Source: Thermodesulfobacteriota bacterium (GTDB lineage: Bacteria > Desulfobacterota_D > UBA1144 > Nemesobacterales > Nemesobacteraceae). From it: a stretch of 64,000 nt of DNA. The notes beneath the pieces were generated by a model, which searched no databases, was not told where the DNA came from, and worked only from the letters and a program-made list of their open reading frames with translations. The stretch covers positions 128,001 through 192,000 of the forward strand of contig OZ241855.1 of NCBI GenBank assembly GCA_965202785.1. The letters are read 5' to 3'. Made by a program: the position numbers and the translations under genes. This document shows positions 1 to 14,301 of the stretch, one piece after another (position 1 is the first letter of the stretch; every line of letters begins with the position of its first letter).

Positions 1-1
1 T

Positions 2-745
2 CACACGGATCTCTTCGGATTTCTCCAGGATCCCGTATTCATAAGGTTCCAGATAGCCGACATAAACGTCGGCCTTCTCTACGTGCTCGGAATAAGTTCG
101 CTCAGCGTATACGGCGTGGTGCTCGGCGGGTGGGGTTCTAACAGCAAGTACTCGCTTCTGGGAGGCCTTCGGGCCGCGGCACAGATGATAAGCTACGAAC
201 TCGCCCTTGGCCTCTCCATACTGGGGGTGATCGCCATAACGGGCTCTCTTCGCTTGGGGGACATAATCGAAGCGCAGGAGAAGATGTGGTTCTTAATCCC
301 GTCCTTTATAGGCTTTGTGGTTTTCGTAGTTTCCGCGTTTGCCGAGACTAACAGGCTTCCGTTTGACATGCCGGAAGCCGAGCCCGAGATAGTCGCCGGC
401 TATCACACCGAATACAGCAGCATGAAATTTGCAATGTTTTTCATGGCTGAATATACTCATATGATAGTTGCTTCGTGCATGATAACTTGTTTGTTTTTGG
501 GTGGTTGGTATCCCTTACCGTTTGGGGGCTGGTTCGGCATCGATATCAACACGCATTGGTATCTGCCGCCAGCTGTGTTTATCGGCAAAGTCCTTTTCTT
601 ACTCTTCCTGTTTATCTGGGTAAGATGGACTTTGCCAAGGTTCAGGTACGATCAGGTAATGAGCCTCGGCTGGAAGAGGCTTTTCCCCCTGGCAGTAGCT
701 AATCTTCTCCTTGTAAGTTTTCTTATAATTCTTGGAATCCTTTAG
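2..745 (+). CDS. nuoH: NADH-quinone oxidoreductase subunit H (5' truncated by window edge)
   Basis: The frame is open from base 2 (..ADINVGLLYVLG). NuoH motifs GGLRAAAQMISYE, AETNRLPFDMPEAE, GYHTEYS and RWTLPRFRYDQ are present. Confidence 0.97.
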   Translation, partial: HTDLFGFLQDPVFIRFQIADINVGLLYVLGISSLSVYGVVLGGWGSNSKYSLLGGLRAAAQMISYELALGLSILGVIAITGSLRLGDIIEAQEKMWFLIPSFIGFVVFVVSAFAETNRLPFDMPEAEPEIVAGYHTEYSSMKFAMFFMAEYTHMIVASCMITCLFLGGWYPLPFGGWFGIDINTHWYLPPAVFIGKVLFLLFLFIWVRWTLPRFRYDQVMSLGWKRLFPLAVANLLLVSFLIILGIL

Positions 746-760
746 TATATAATTGCGTTT

Positions 761-1693
761 ATGAGGGATTTACACCTCGAGCATGACAGTTCCATACGAA
801 TGGCGGCGTTTGACCATGTCAAAAAGCTGAGCGCAATCTATACCCATATACCAGCAGAAGAAATCTCAAAGGGTTTTATGTTTAAAAGAGAGAAAATCTC
901 ACTTGTAAACCCACGCGGTATATTCAAACCTAAAGAGATGAAATCTCTTCTCTCAATCAGAACAAGATTTCTAAAAAAAGGCCACAAACCCCTGTACGAA
1001 GACCAAATAGACGTTCACAGGAAAATTTTTGAAGGCACAGAATACATAAATTACGACTTTATGAAAAAGGGTGGTCCTGAAGCCAAGGAGAACCAAATGC
1101 TTCGCGAAGCATTTGAAAACCAGACCCCCATAATCTATTTTCTTGGAATTGCTCCTGGTCAATATCAGGCAATAGCACCCGTTTTTATCGGGGGCTGGGA
1201 CAAAAATGCCCAGAAGGTCAAGGTGTTCTTCGGCAAATCCAACCAGAAGGAAATGACTCCTCCAGAAACTTCGGAGGAAAGGCGTTACACACTACATACG
1301 GTGAAACAACGGGTTCATCAAGGACAGTTCCGCGAATCAATTCTCGCTGCCTACAAAGGACGATGTGCCTTGTCCGGTATTCCCGAAAGACGCCTGCTTG
1401 ATGCAGCCCACATAATCCCCGACGCGAACCCTGAACTCGGTCAGCCGGTAATATCAAATGGCCTGCTGCTCTCCAAGATCCACCACGCGGCGTTTGATGG
1501 TCACCTGATAGGAATCGATCCTGACTATGGACTTCACGTCTCAAGGCGCCTACTCGATCAGGATGACGGTCCGACGCTTGAAGCGCTCAAACAGCTAAGG
1601 GGGAAGAAGCTAAGGCTTCCGAAACGGAGGCAGGATTATCCTGACAGGGACCGTTTGGCGTTGCGGTACGGAGAGTTCAAGGCCATGGAATAA
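761..1693 (+). CDS. HNH endonuclease (putative modification-dependent restriction enzyme)
   Basis: C-terminal FRESILAAYKGRCALSG..LLDAAHIIP..NGLLL..HHAAFD HNH motif. The N-terminal domain is unassigned. Confidence 0.85.
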   Translation: MRDLHLEHDSSIRMAAFDHVKKLSAIYTHIPAEEISKGFMFKREKISLVNPRGIFKPKEMKSLLSIRTRFLKKGHKPLYEDQIDVHRKIFEGTEYINYDFMKKGGPEAKENQMLREAFENQTPIIYFLGIAPGQYQAIAPVFIGGWDKNAQKVKVFFGKSNQKEMTPPETSEERRYTLHTVKQRVHQGQFRESILAAYKGRCALSGIPERRLLDAAHIIPDANPELGQPVISNGLLLSKIHHAAFDGHLIGIDPDYGLHVSRRLLDQDDGPTLEALKQLRGKKLRLPKRRQDYPDRDRLALRYGEFKAME

Positions 1694-1870
1694 CTCTTCG
1701 CTTCCTGAGGGGAATTCTGCAAAGCCATTGGACTAAGTCCCCAAATTTGGCTTCCAATTACTTGCTGCCACTTGGTTTTCTGAGACAAAACAGATTTTGA
1801 CCCGTCGTATTGTTGCAATGAAAGTGACAGATCGATTACACGCATTTCCCTTGGTACCACCGGGGAATCC

Positions 1871-3043
1871 TTACACTTCCATCAGAAAAGACGCCATGTC
1901 CCGAAGACCGATGGCCTCGACATTTTTCGCGAGGGGATACCGGTCGGCACCCGCTGTGACTACGAATGAGCATACGGGCCCTATATCTTCAATGGCGTTT
2001 CGGAAACCCCTTGACAAGGTAGCGGAGAGAGAGCGCTTGATTTCGATCGCTATCGGACCCCGGGTTCCCGGAAGCTCCAGCAGGAGGTCGATCTCCGCGC
2101 CCGCGGAAGTCCGGTAAAAGCTTGCCCTTGTCCCTTGCGGCGCGACAGACAGGAGATTTTCCACGACGAAGCCCTCCCAGCTCGGACCGACGACAGGATG
2201 GCCGGCAAGAGAGTTGTAATCCTCTATGCCGAGCAGGGCGTGTACAAGACCGCTGTCCCGCACATAGACTTTCGGCGACTTCACGAGACGTTTCCGCACG
2301 TTGGCGTGAAACGGCGGAAGGCGGCGCACCAGCAGAAGATCGGCCAGCAGGTCTATGTATCCGCTTACAGTCGGAGCGCTGACCGAAAGACCGGAGGCAA
2401 TCCTCGAGGCGTTAACCAAGGTTCCCTGGCCATGGGCCAGCATGGTCCAGAGCCGTTCAAGCGTCTGGGCCGGGATGCGCCACCCGAACTGCGAAACGTC
2501 GCGCTCAATATAGGTCCGGATAAAGTTGAGGCGGAAGGCAAGGCTGTTTTTGTTGTTCCGGGAGAGAAAACTGTCGGGAAAGCCACCGCGCACCCAGAGC
2601 GAGGTCACCAGATCGTCGTCGGGTGCCGCTTCATGCACGCTCAGGGGATTCAGTTCAACATGCTCAATCCGTCCCGCCAGACTCTCACCCGATTGTCTCA
2701 GCAGATCAACGGAGGCCGATCCGAGCACCAGAAAGCGGCCCGTGCGGTGACCCCGCCGTCTTCCCCGGTCAATCAGACCGCGCAACTCGGAAAAAAGCTC
2801 CGGAACGTGGTGAACCTCGTCCAGAATTACCAGACGGTCTTCGTAAGGCTTGAGAAACAACGCGGGGTCAGCGAGCTTTTTGCGGTCCGCGCTGGCTTCA
2901 AGGTCGAGATAGAGCGCGTTCCTCTTTTTGCCAACCTCAAGCGCAAGAGTTGTCTTGCCGACCTGACGGGGACCGATCAGCGCTACTGCGGCCTGCCGAC
3001 CGAGAGCCTCCTCCACCTGATGGTATGCGTGACGCTTTATCAT
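1871..3043 (-). CDS. AAA ATPase with DUF4143 domain
   Basis: Walker A GPRQVGKTT, Walker B ILDEVH, LGSAS..ESLAGR, GGFP, KSPKVYVRDSG and C-terminal EIDLL..AIEIK. Confidence 0.9.
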   Translation of the reverse strand: MIKRHAYHQVEEALGRQAAVALIGPRQVGKTTLALEVGKKRNALYLDLEASADRKKLADPALFLKPYEDRLVILDEVHHVPELFSELRGLIDRGRRRGHRTGRFLVLGSASVDLLRQSGESLAGRIEHVELNPLSVHEAAPDDDLVTSLWVRGGFPDSFLSRNNKNSLAFRLNFIRTYIERDVSQFGWRIPAQTLERLWTMLAHGQGTLVNASRIASGLSVSAPTVSGYIDLLADLLLVRRLPPFHANVRKRLVKSPKVYVRDSGLVHALLGIEDYNSLAGHPVVGPSWEGFVVENLLSVAPQGTRASFYRTSAGAEIDLLLELPGTRGPIAIEIKRSLSATLSRGFRNAIEDIGPVCSFVVTAGADRYPLAKNVEAIGLRDMASFLMEV

Positions 3044-3082
3044 CCTTGCATTTTAAAAGATAAACTTTAAATTTGCAAGGAT
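3042..3082 (-). promoter_or_regulatory. Palindromic promoter/operator of the AAA-DUF4143 gene
   Basis: Inverted repeat atccttgca..tgcaaggat contains TTGCAA-17bp-TAAAAT on the minus strand, ending 6 nt before the ATG. Confidence 0.55.
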
Positions 3083-3110
3083 AATTTGAAGCAGGACGGC
3101 TCCAAGAGCC

Positions 3111-5687
<2,577 letters not shown>

Positions 5688-5787
5688 TCAGAATTTCTCT
5701 CCAGAAGATGCCACTTATTGCATGAACAATACTTTTGAAGATAAGCTTACGCTTTTCTTAAATAGATTAAATATAGTAAAGATTTGA

Positions 5788-5820
5788 TACTATCCAATAT
5801 TTACCTATATTAAGATAGTA
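5788..5820. promoter_or_regulatory. Inverted repeat, candidate AbiEi autoregulatory operator
   Basis: tactatc..aatat..atatt..gatagta palindrome immediately upstream of the AbiEi-like gene. Confidence 0.4.
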
Positions 5821-5824
5821 GCAA

Positions 5825-6703
5825 ATGGTAAGAGCATATCAGGTAAAACTTAGAGAGAATCAAATTAAGACTGAAAAGAATCTAAAGAGATCCATGGTCG
5901 GAATTGAGCTGGTACGGCTTCTCGCTTCTGAAAACAACAGAATATTTACCATAGACCGGGCGCGGGAACTTGCTCCCAGCGCGGGTATAAAGGATTCCTA
6001 CCTTTACGAATCTCTTTACCATCTCCGACGAAATGGCTGGATAACCCCCATTCGCAGGGGTCTGTACGCGCTGTCCGTTCCTGGGAGTTTTCCCGTGCAC
6101 GAGTTTGAGATCGCAATGAATCTTGCAAGCCCTGCGGCGATTTCTCACTGGCTGGCCATGAATCACCACGGCTTGACGGATCAGATACCTAGAACGATTT
6201 TCGTCCTGACAACCACGGGAAGCTCCTTCCCGCGTGTTCGAGGGATTAAAAGCAGAGGAAGGTCCTACAGGGGGTATAAGAGCGGGAATACTTCATACAG
6301 GTTTATTCAGGTGAAACCCGAGTATTTCTTCGGTACGGAAGAAATACTGATCGGAAACACTCTGGTATCGATAACAGACCCCGAGCGTACACTTCTGGAC
6401 GGCCTTTGCCGTCCTCAGTACTGCGGCGGCTTCGCCGAAGCGCTCCATGCCTTTAATGTCATAGGGGACAACCTCAACATGAAGCGAATAGTAAAGTATG
6501 CTCTTCGGCTGAATGTCGCGGTGGCAAAGCGCTTGGGGTGGATTCTGGAATACTGGGGCTATGATCTTTCCGAATTCAGCGAATTGTTGGAACTGCCTGT
6601 AAAAGGCTACCGCAAGCTTGACCCCTTGGGGCCGAGAAAGGGACCGTGCAACAGTCGCTGGATGATACAAGAGAACCTTCCCGGGAACGTTGACTCATGG
6701 TAA
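5825..6703 (+). CDS. Type IV toxin-antitoxin AbiEi-family antitoxin (start uncertain)
   Basis: N-terminal wHTH (L..NGWITPIRRGLY), AISHWLAMNHHGLTDQIP, TDPERTLLD and KRLGWILE. Confidence 0.85.
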   Translation: MVRAYQVKLRENQIKTEKNLKRSMVGIELVRLLASENNRIFTIDRARELAPSAGIKDSYLYESLYHLRRNGWITPIRRGLYALSVPGSFPVHEFEIAMNLASPAAISHWLAMNHHGLTDQIPRTIFVLTTTGSSFPRVRGIKSRGRSYRGYKSGNTSYRFIQVKPEYFFGTEEILIGNTLVSITDPERTLLDGLCRPQYCGGFAEALHAFNVIGDNLNMKRIVKYALRLNVAVAKRLGWILEYWGYDLSEFSELLELPVKGYRKLDPLGPRKGPCNSRWMIQENLPGNVDSW

Positions 6704-6730
6704 AATCAGCCGCAAAACACCGACCGCCAG

Positions 6731-7294
6731 TTAAGCCTGCGAAATCTTAGGATGAGTGATGCCGGTCTGCTTCTGGTATTTCCCCTTCTTGTCCGCGTAG
6801 GATATCTGGCACTCCTCGTCACCTTCAAAAAAGAGCACCTGAGCGATTCCCTCGTTTGAATAAATCTTTGCGGGAATGGGGGTTGTATTTGATATTTCAA
6901 GCGTCACGTATCCCTCCCACTCGGGCTCAAAGGGAGTGACGTTCACGATTATTCCGCACCTTGCGTAAGTGGATTTGCCGACGCACACGGTGACCGTGCT
7001 CCTAGGTATCCTGAAATACTCAACGGTCTTTGCGAGCGCAAAGGAGTTTGGGGGAATTATGCAGTAATCGTTCTCTATCTCCACAAAGGAGTTGGGATCG
7101 AAATTCTTCGGGTCAACAACTGCGCTGTGAAGGTTGGTAAATACCTTGAACTCGTTGCTTACCCTTATATCGTAGCCGTAAGAGGAAAGGCCGTACGATA
7201 TAACGCCCTTGCTTACCTGACCTTCCACAAAAGGGTCTATCATCTTGTGCTCAAGCGCCATTTTCCTTATCCAGTGATCAGGTTTGATTCCCAT
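6731..7294 (-). CDS. dcd: dCTP deaminase
   Basis: [36 protein letters not shown] and YADKKGKYQ motifs. Confidence 0.97.
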   Translation of the reverse strand: MGIKPDHWIRKMALEHKMIDPFVEGQVSKGVISYGLSSYGYDIRVSNEFKVFTNLHSAVVDPKNFDPNSFVEIENDYCIIPPNSFALAKTVEYFRIPRSTVTVCVGKSTYARCGIIVNVTPFEPEWEGYVTLEISNTTPIPAKIYSNEGIAQVLFFEGDEECQISYADKKGKYQKQTGITHPKISQA

Positions 7295-7469
7295 TGATGT
7301 TCTCCTTTCTGTTTTCTCGAATCTCGTTTAATATCTGGCTCGTATTACTCTGATATATAAAGATATTTTAAACTCAAAAACGTTGTCTAATCCGGTGGTT
7401 TTCATGCACTAAAATGAAGCGATCCATAAGAAACGGCGCCTCGCATATGACCGGGACCCCGCAAAAAAA

Positions 7470-8489
7470 CTATACGAACTGCCTCAAAAACCTTACGTCG
7501 TTCTCAAAGAAAAGCCTTATGTCGTTTATTCCGTACTTAAGCATGGCGATTCTCTCAACTCCCATGCCGAAGGCGAAACCCGAATAGATGTCAGTGTTGT
7601 AGTTAACGCTTGAGAAAACCGCGGGATCGACCATTCCGCATCCCATTATTTCAAGCCAGCCGGTACCCTTGCATACCCTGCATCCGTTGCCGGAGCATAT
7701 CTGACACTCTATGTCCACCTCGGCGCTGGGCTCGGTGAAGGGAAAGAAACTCGGGCGGAACCTTACGTTCGTATTGTCGCCGAAAGTGAGTTTCACGAAC
7801 TGGATTATGACGGATTTCAGGTTTCCGAAGGTTATGCCCCTGTCAACGAGAAGACCCTCTATCTGGTGGAACATAGGGGTGTGGGAAACGTCGCTGTCGC
7901 ACCGGTAAACCTTTCCGGGAGCTATGATCTTCACCGGAGGCTGCTGGGTCTGCATGATCCGTATCTGCACCGGCGAGGTGTGGGTTCTTAAGACCATGTC
8001 GTCTGTTATGTAGAAAGTATCCTGCATGTCCCTTGCGGGGTGGTTCTTCGGTATGTTAAGCGCCTCGAAATTGTAGTAGTCAAGCTCGACCTCGGGACCC
8101 TCGGCGACCTCGAATCCCATCCTCTCAAAATCATAGACGATGCGCTCCATAACCTGGGTTATGGGATGCTTGGCCCCGACCGGCATTCCCCGGCCCGGAA
8201 GAGTGAAGTCGGTTGCCTCCTCAAGGAGCTTTTCATTCATTGCTCTGCGCTTTATCTCGTCTGATTTTCTCTCGATCAGTTCCTCGATTTCCCCTTTGGT
8301 TCCGTTTATGAGAATGCCCGCCTCCCGGCGCTCGGAAGCGGGAAGGTCCTTCATGGATTTAAGAAGCTGCGTGAGGGACCCTTTCTTCCCGACGTAGCTT
8401 GCCTTAACCCTGACGAGATCGGCCTCCGTAGAGACCCCCTCAAGGTCAGAATCTATCTGGTTTCTTATCTGCTCAAGCGCTTCCTGCAT
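7470..8489 (-). CDS. pheS: Phenylalanine-tRNA ligase alpha subunit
   Basis: HPARDMQDTFY, LRTHTSPVQ, FRPSFFPFTEPSAE and GFAFGMGVERIAM motifs. Confidence 0.98.
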   Translation of the reverse strand: MQEALEQIRNQIDSDLEGVSTEADLVRVKASYVGKKGSLTQLLKSMKDLPASERREAGILINGTKGEIEELIERKSDEIKRRAMNEKLLEEATDFTLPGRGMPVGAKHPITQVMERIVYDFERMGFEVAEGPEVELDYYNFEALNIPKNHPARDMQDTFYITDDMVLRTHTSPVQIRIMQTQQPPVKIIAPGKVYRCDSDVSHTPMFHQIEGLLVDRGITFGNLKSVIIQFVKLTFGDNTNVRFRPSFFPFTEPSAEVDIECQICSGNGCRVCKGTGWLEIMGCGMVDPAVFSSVNYNTDIYSGFAFGMGVERIAMLKYGINDIRLFFENDVRFLRQFV

Positions 8490-8604
8490 AATGTGAACGA
8501 GTTATGTGTTTTAAGAAACAAAACGGGAAATATTTAACCGTTATGAGATCGATTATCAAAGCGCGGAACCGGCTTTCGACGGGGCATCCGCCAAAGCGCG
8601 GCTT

Positions 8605-9516
8605 CTATATGGTCTCCTTTCTTTTTCTCCAGTAGACCACGAAGGCGCTCGCCACGAAGATCGACGAGTAGGTTCCTATAACGACCCCTACCATAAGGGT
8701 AAACGCGAAATCGTGTATTACCGAGCCGCCAAGGAAAAAGAGCGGCAGGAGCACTATGAACACCGTTATGGCCGTGAGCAATGTACGGGAGAGCGTCTGG
8801 CTTATTCCGTCGTTAACAAGCTCCCTGAAGCCTTTTTCGGGGAAATTCCCCATGTTCTCCCTTATCCTGTCGAATATGACGATCGTGTCGTTAACCGAAT
8901 AACCTATCACGGTCAGAAGCGCGGCCACGATCGCAAGGGTGAACTCCTTGTCCGCGAGCGATATGGCCCCGACGGTTATAAGGGTATCGTGAATAAGGGC
9001 GATAACCGCCCCCACGGCAAAACCGAATTCAAACCTGAATACCAGGTAGGCAAGTATGCCGACGCACGCGATCAGTATGGATAAAAGGGCCTTGGTTATG
9101 AGTTCCTTCCCCACCCTGGGACCTATGTAGTCTATTCTCTGGATGGAGGCTCCCTCAAAATTTTCTGACGTGGCGAACAGGTCCTCCAGCTTTTTCTGGA
9201 AATCACCTATCTGGTCAAAGGTCGCGAGTTCCGGCGCAAACTGTATCAGGTGCTCGTTGTCGCCCGGAAGGCCGAAGCGCTGAACCGATTCCGAGGGAAA
9301 GCCGTTCTCGGCAAGCGCGCCTTTTAGAACTTCGGTCTCAAGGCTCTTTGCGAGCTTTATATGTATCTCCGTTCCGCCCGTGAACTCCACTCCCCAGTTA
9401 GGCCCCTGGTGGTACAGAAGGGAAGCGATGGAAATAACCGCAAGCGCGATGGAAATACGCATCGCGCCCCCCATCTTGTCCACAAAATCGTAACTCAGTT
9501 TTCCTATAATTCGCAC
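8605..9516 (-). CDS. secF: Protein translocase subunit SecF
   Basis: GVEFTGG, IGPRVGKEL, HD and GYSVNDTIVIFDRIREN motifs; follows secD. Confidence 0.97.
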   Translation of the reverse strand: MRIIGKLSYDFVDKMGGAMRISIALAVISIASLLYHQGPNWGVEFTGGTEIHIKLAKSLETEVLKGALAENGFPSESVQRFGLPGDNEHLIQFAPELATFDQIGDFQKKLEDLFATSENFEGASIQRIDYIGPRVGKELITKALLSILIACVGILAYLVFRFEFGFAVGAVIALIHDTLITVGAISLADKEFTLAIVAALLTVIGYSVNDTIVIFDRIRENMGNFPEKGFRELVNDGISQTLSRTLLTAITVFIVLLPLFFLGGSVIHDFAFTLMVGVVIGTYSSIFVASAFVVYWRKRKETI

Positions 9517-9526
9517 TCGCGCACCC

Positions 9527-11128
9527 TCAGATACTTACTTCCGTTAGGTTCTTGTCCCTGTAAAGCATGTTCGTAAAGAGTCTCGCCACAATCAGGTTGC
9601 TGAAAACGGTCGACACTATTCCGATTGAAAGCGTTGCCGCAAAACCCTTCACGGGGCCGGTGCCCAGCCAGAAAAGTATAAGCGCAGTAAGAAGCGTCGT
9701 GACGTTCGCGTCAAGTATGGTCCAGACGGATCTCGCGTATCCCGTTTCAATCGAGTGAACCGCGGTCTTGCCCGCCATGAGTTCCTCTTTTATCCTCTCG
9801 AATATGATGATGTTTCCGTCAACCGCCATGCCGAGCGTCAAAACGAGCCCGGCTATGCCGGGAAGCGTAAGCGTGACGCCGAAAGCGGAGAGAAAGCCCA
9901 TTATGAAAAGTATGTTGAGCACAAGCGCGGCATTCGCTATAACGCCCTGGCGCCTGTAGAAAAAGACCATGAACGCCAGAACAAGTATGCCGCCGACGAT
10001 CATGGAGAATCTCCCCTTCTCTATCGAGTCCTGCCCCAGGGAAGGACCCACGGTCCTTTCCTGCTCAACCCTCACGGGAACCGGAAGGGAGCCTGATCTC
10101 AGGATAAGCGCGAGGTCTTTTGCCTCCTCCGTGGTGAAAGTGCCGGTTATCGTGCCCTGGTAGGTTATCTTGTCCTGAATTGTGGGCGCTGACTTTATCA
10201 CGCCGTCAAGAACTATCGCCAGACGTTCGCCGATGTTAGCCTCGGTAAGCTTTCCGAACTTGCTCGCGCCCTCTCCCCTGAACGTGAATCCGACCGCCGG
10301 GTTTCCGTAATTGTCAAACGTTATCCGAGCATCCGAGATATATTCCCCCGTCACGCTCGCAAGCTTCTCGGTCAGAAAGAACTTCTCGTTCTCGTTCCCG
10401 GTGTCTCCTTCGTGTATGGCAAAGCCTTTTTTCGCAAGTTGCCTCTCGGTCCCGGCTTCGGCGGCAGCAAGCAGGTTCTCATGCGTCGCCCCGACGGCCC
10501 TTACGATCTTGAATTCCAAAACGGCCGTCTTTTTGATCAGGTTGACTATTCTCTGTCTGTCTTTTTTGGAAGCGCCCGGCACCTGCACCAGGATCCTGTC
10601 GTCGCCTGATTTCTGTATGCTCGGCTCGACGAGGCCGAAATCCTTAACGCGGTTTTCTATTATGTGGCGGACTCTCTCTATGGAGTTTTGCTCAAGCTCG
10701 TCCACGTAGGACGATTTTATCGAGAGTGTGACCAGGAAGCCGTCGGAATCTATATCCGCCACCTTTTCAAACTCGTCGCGCGCGATCTCAAGCGCCTTGT
10801 CCATATTCGCGCCCGGGAAAAGACCGATCGTGAGGGTTCCGTCCGAAACAGAGGAGCTCTTGACGAGAATCCTCCCCTCCCTGAATTTCGATACCAGGGC
10901 CTCCTCGACTATGAGCATTTCCTGCTCCACGCCCTCTTCGGTCTCTACTCCCAGGAGAAGGAATATCCCTCCCTCAAGATCAAGCCCGAGGCTTATCCCC
11001 TTGCTTGAGAAAACCTTCCCCCACCACGAGGGAAGCTTGTCGCCCATGAAGGTAGGCGTAAGGAGTATTGCGCAGAGAAAAGAGAAAAGAACGATAACGG
11101 TAATCCAAAGACGGGACACGCCTTTCAT
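9527..11128 (-). CDS. secD: Protein translocase subunit SecD
   Basis: LGLDLEGG, LRSGSLP, VGPSLG and LTLPGIAG..GMAVDGNIIIFERIKEE motifs. Confidence 0.97.
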   Translation of the reverse strand: MKGVSRLWITVIVLFSFLCAILLTPTFMGDKLPSWWGKVFSSKGISLGLDLEGGIFLLLGVETEEGVEQEMLIVEEALVSKFREGRILVKSSSVSDGTLTIGLFPGANMDKALEIARDEFEKVADIDSDGFLVTLSIKSSYVDELEQNSIERVRHIIENRVKDFGLVEPSIQKSGDDRILVQVPGASKKDRQRIVNLIKKTAVLEFKIVRAVGATHENLLAAAEAGTERQLAKKGFAIHEGDTGNENEKFFLTEKLASVTGEYISDARITFDNYGNPAVGFTFRGEGASKFGKLTEANIGERLAIVLDGVIKSAPTIQDKITYQGTITGTFTTEEAKDLALILRSGSLPVPVRVEQERTVGPSLGQDSIEKGRFSMIVGGILVLAFMVFFYRRQGVIANAALVLNILFIMGFLSAFGVTLTLPGIAGLVLTLGMAVDGNIIIFERIKEELMAGKTAVHSIETGYARSVWTILDANVTTLLTALILFWLGTGPVKGFAATLSIGIVSTVFSNLIVARLFTNMLYRDKNLTEVSI

Positions 11129-11132
11129 CTAA

Positions 11133-11510
11133 TCAGCCGCCCCCTTTGGATTTGCCTTCAGCGGCCCCGGGATCGGTCTTCTCCGAGATTCCGGAGCGGA
11201 CCATTTTTATGTTGATGCCCTTGGCTATCTCGACCGTGAGGTCGTCCCCGTCAACGTTTATCACCCTGCCGTATATGCCCCCGGTGGTAACAATGCCGTC
11301 GCCTCTTTTTACCTCGGCGAGCATCTTCTTGCGCTCACGGCTCTGGCGCTGCTGGGGTCTTATGATAAGAAAGTAAAAAAGGGCGAATATCAGAACGAAC
11401 GGGAGTATGGCAGAGAACGGCGTCCCCCCCGATCCTCCCTGCCCGGTCCCGGGAGGCATGCATGATAAAAGAAAAAGGGCTGAAGTAGCGACAAAAGCTA
11501 ATCTTTTCAA
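11133..11510 (-). CDS. yajC: Preprotein translocase subunit YajC
   Basis: FYFLIIRPQQR and GDGIVTTGGIYG motifs; tgt-yajC-secDF synteny. Confidence 0.95.
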   Translation of the reverse strand: MKRLAFVATSALFLLSCMPPGTGQGGSGGTPFSAILPFVLIFALFYFLIIRPQQRQSRERKKMLAEVKRGDGIVTTGGIYGRVINVDGDDLTVEIAKGINIKMVRSGISEKTDPGAAEGKSKGGG

Positions 11511-13441
<1,931 letters not shown>

Positions 13442-13442
13442 T

Positions 13443-13916
13443 CTAGCCTCCTCCGTCTCCGCCTTGCGGCCCGTAACTGCAGTTCTCAATACACTCGTCC
13501 TTCATTATCTTCCATTCTTTTTCGGGTATGGAAAGATCGTAGCGGTTCGTGTATCTGGCCCTCTGACGCTTGTCTTCGTCCGGCTCCCTGTAGTCGACCT
13601 CCACTTCCGCAACCACTATGGCCGTGTCCTTGAAAAGCTGGGTCGCCAGGACCCTGTAGTCAACGATCCTGATGTCGTAGCGCTCGTAAAGAAGCTCGAA
13701 CCTGCTCACGTAGCCCTCGCGGTCCGAACTGAATATATGAATCTTGTCGTAAGCGGATTTAAAGTCCCGTTCCTTGAGCGCCTCGAGAAAAGAGCTGACG
13801 ACGCTGGTGGCTGAGACTCTCGGCTGCGGCCTCCTCTGGTCCGAACCTCGCACAGGAACGGCGCAGGAAGCAAAAAGAAGCAGCAATGGCAGAACGAAAA
13901 GATAGGATTTTCTCAT
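13443..13916 (-). CDS. Hypothetical lipoprotein (NTF2-like/DUF4878-like pattern)
   Basis: Signal peptide with lipobox LFASC; VSSFLEALKERDFKSAY pattern and terminal WKI. Confidence 0.7.
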   Translation of the reverse strand: MRKSYLFVLPLLLLFASCAVPVRGSDQRRPQPRVSATSVVSSFLEALKERDFKSAYDKIHIFSSDREGYVSRFELLYERYDIRIVDYRVLATQLFKDTAIVVAEVEVDYREPDEDKRQRARYTNRYDLSIPEKEWKIMKDECIENCSYGPQGGDGGG

Positions 13917-14010
13917 GGAGCGGGAACTGAATATCCTCTGAATAAACTAAGAAGTTAAACGAGAAAGATGGCGCAGGCAAGTTTCGGCGATACGCGGCGC
14001 GGTCTTCTTT
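13849..14010. repeat. Diverged direct repeat, copy 1 (partner 16256-16406)
   Basis: Shared blocks cgcacagga, aagaagcagcaatggcagaa, ttttctcatggagcgg, tcctctgaat and ctaagaag. Confidence 0.85.
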
Positions 14011-14050
14011 GGTTACCAAGGCTATCTTGCGCTAGATGGGGAAGCTGCTT

Positions 14051-14218
14051 TTACCGGGAAGTGCTCCGGCATTTACGCCGCAACGATCTCGGGGCTGCGG
14101 TTACGCGGGGAACCGGGCTTTGGCTTGAACGCGCTCTTTTTCTCGCAAGCACCGCGAAGACAACAAGAGTCAGAAGAAACAGGCTGAACGCGGCAAATAG
14201 AACTATCGCCTTAAACAT
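14051..14218 (-). CDS. Small single-TM protein (55 aa), not in the ORF track
   Basis: GAGGAGG RBS, then MFKAIVLFAAFSLFLLTLVVFAVLARKRAR... Confidence 0.5.
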   Translation of the reverse strand: MFKAIVLFAAFSLFLLTLVVFAVLARKRARSSQSPVPRVTAAPRSLRRKCRSTSR

Positions 14219-14301
14219 CGCTACCTCCTCCCACGGCTTGCGTCCCGCATTTGACTTGCGTTCCCTCTCGGATTCCCGCCTGACCGGAATTTTGCTTTAG
14301 T

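Noticed and set aside
2135-3070. 311-aa plus-strand ORF
   Set aside because: Antisense shadow of the AAA-DUF4143 gene with no recognisable motifs.
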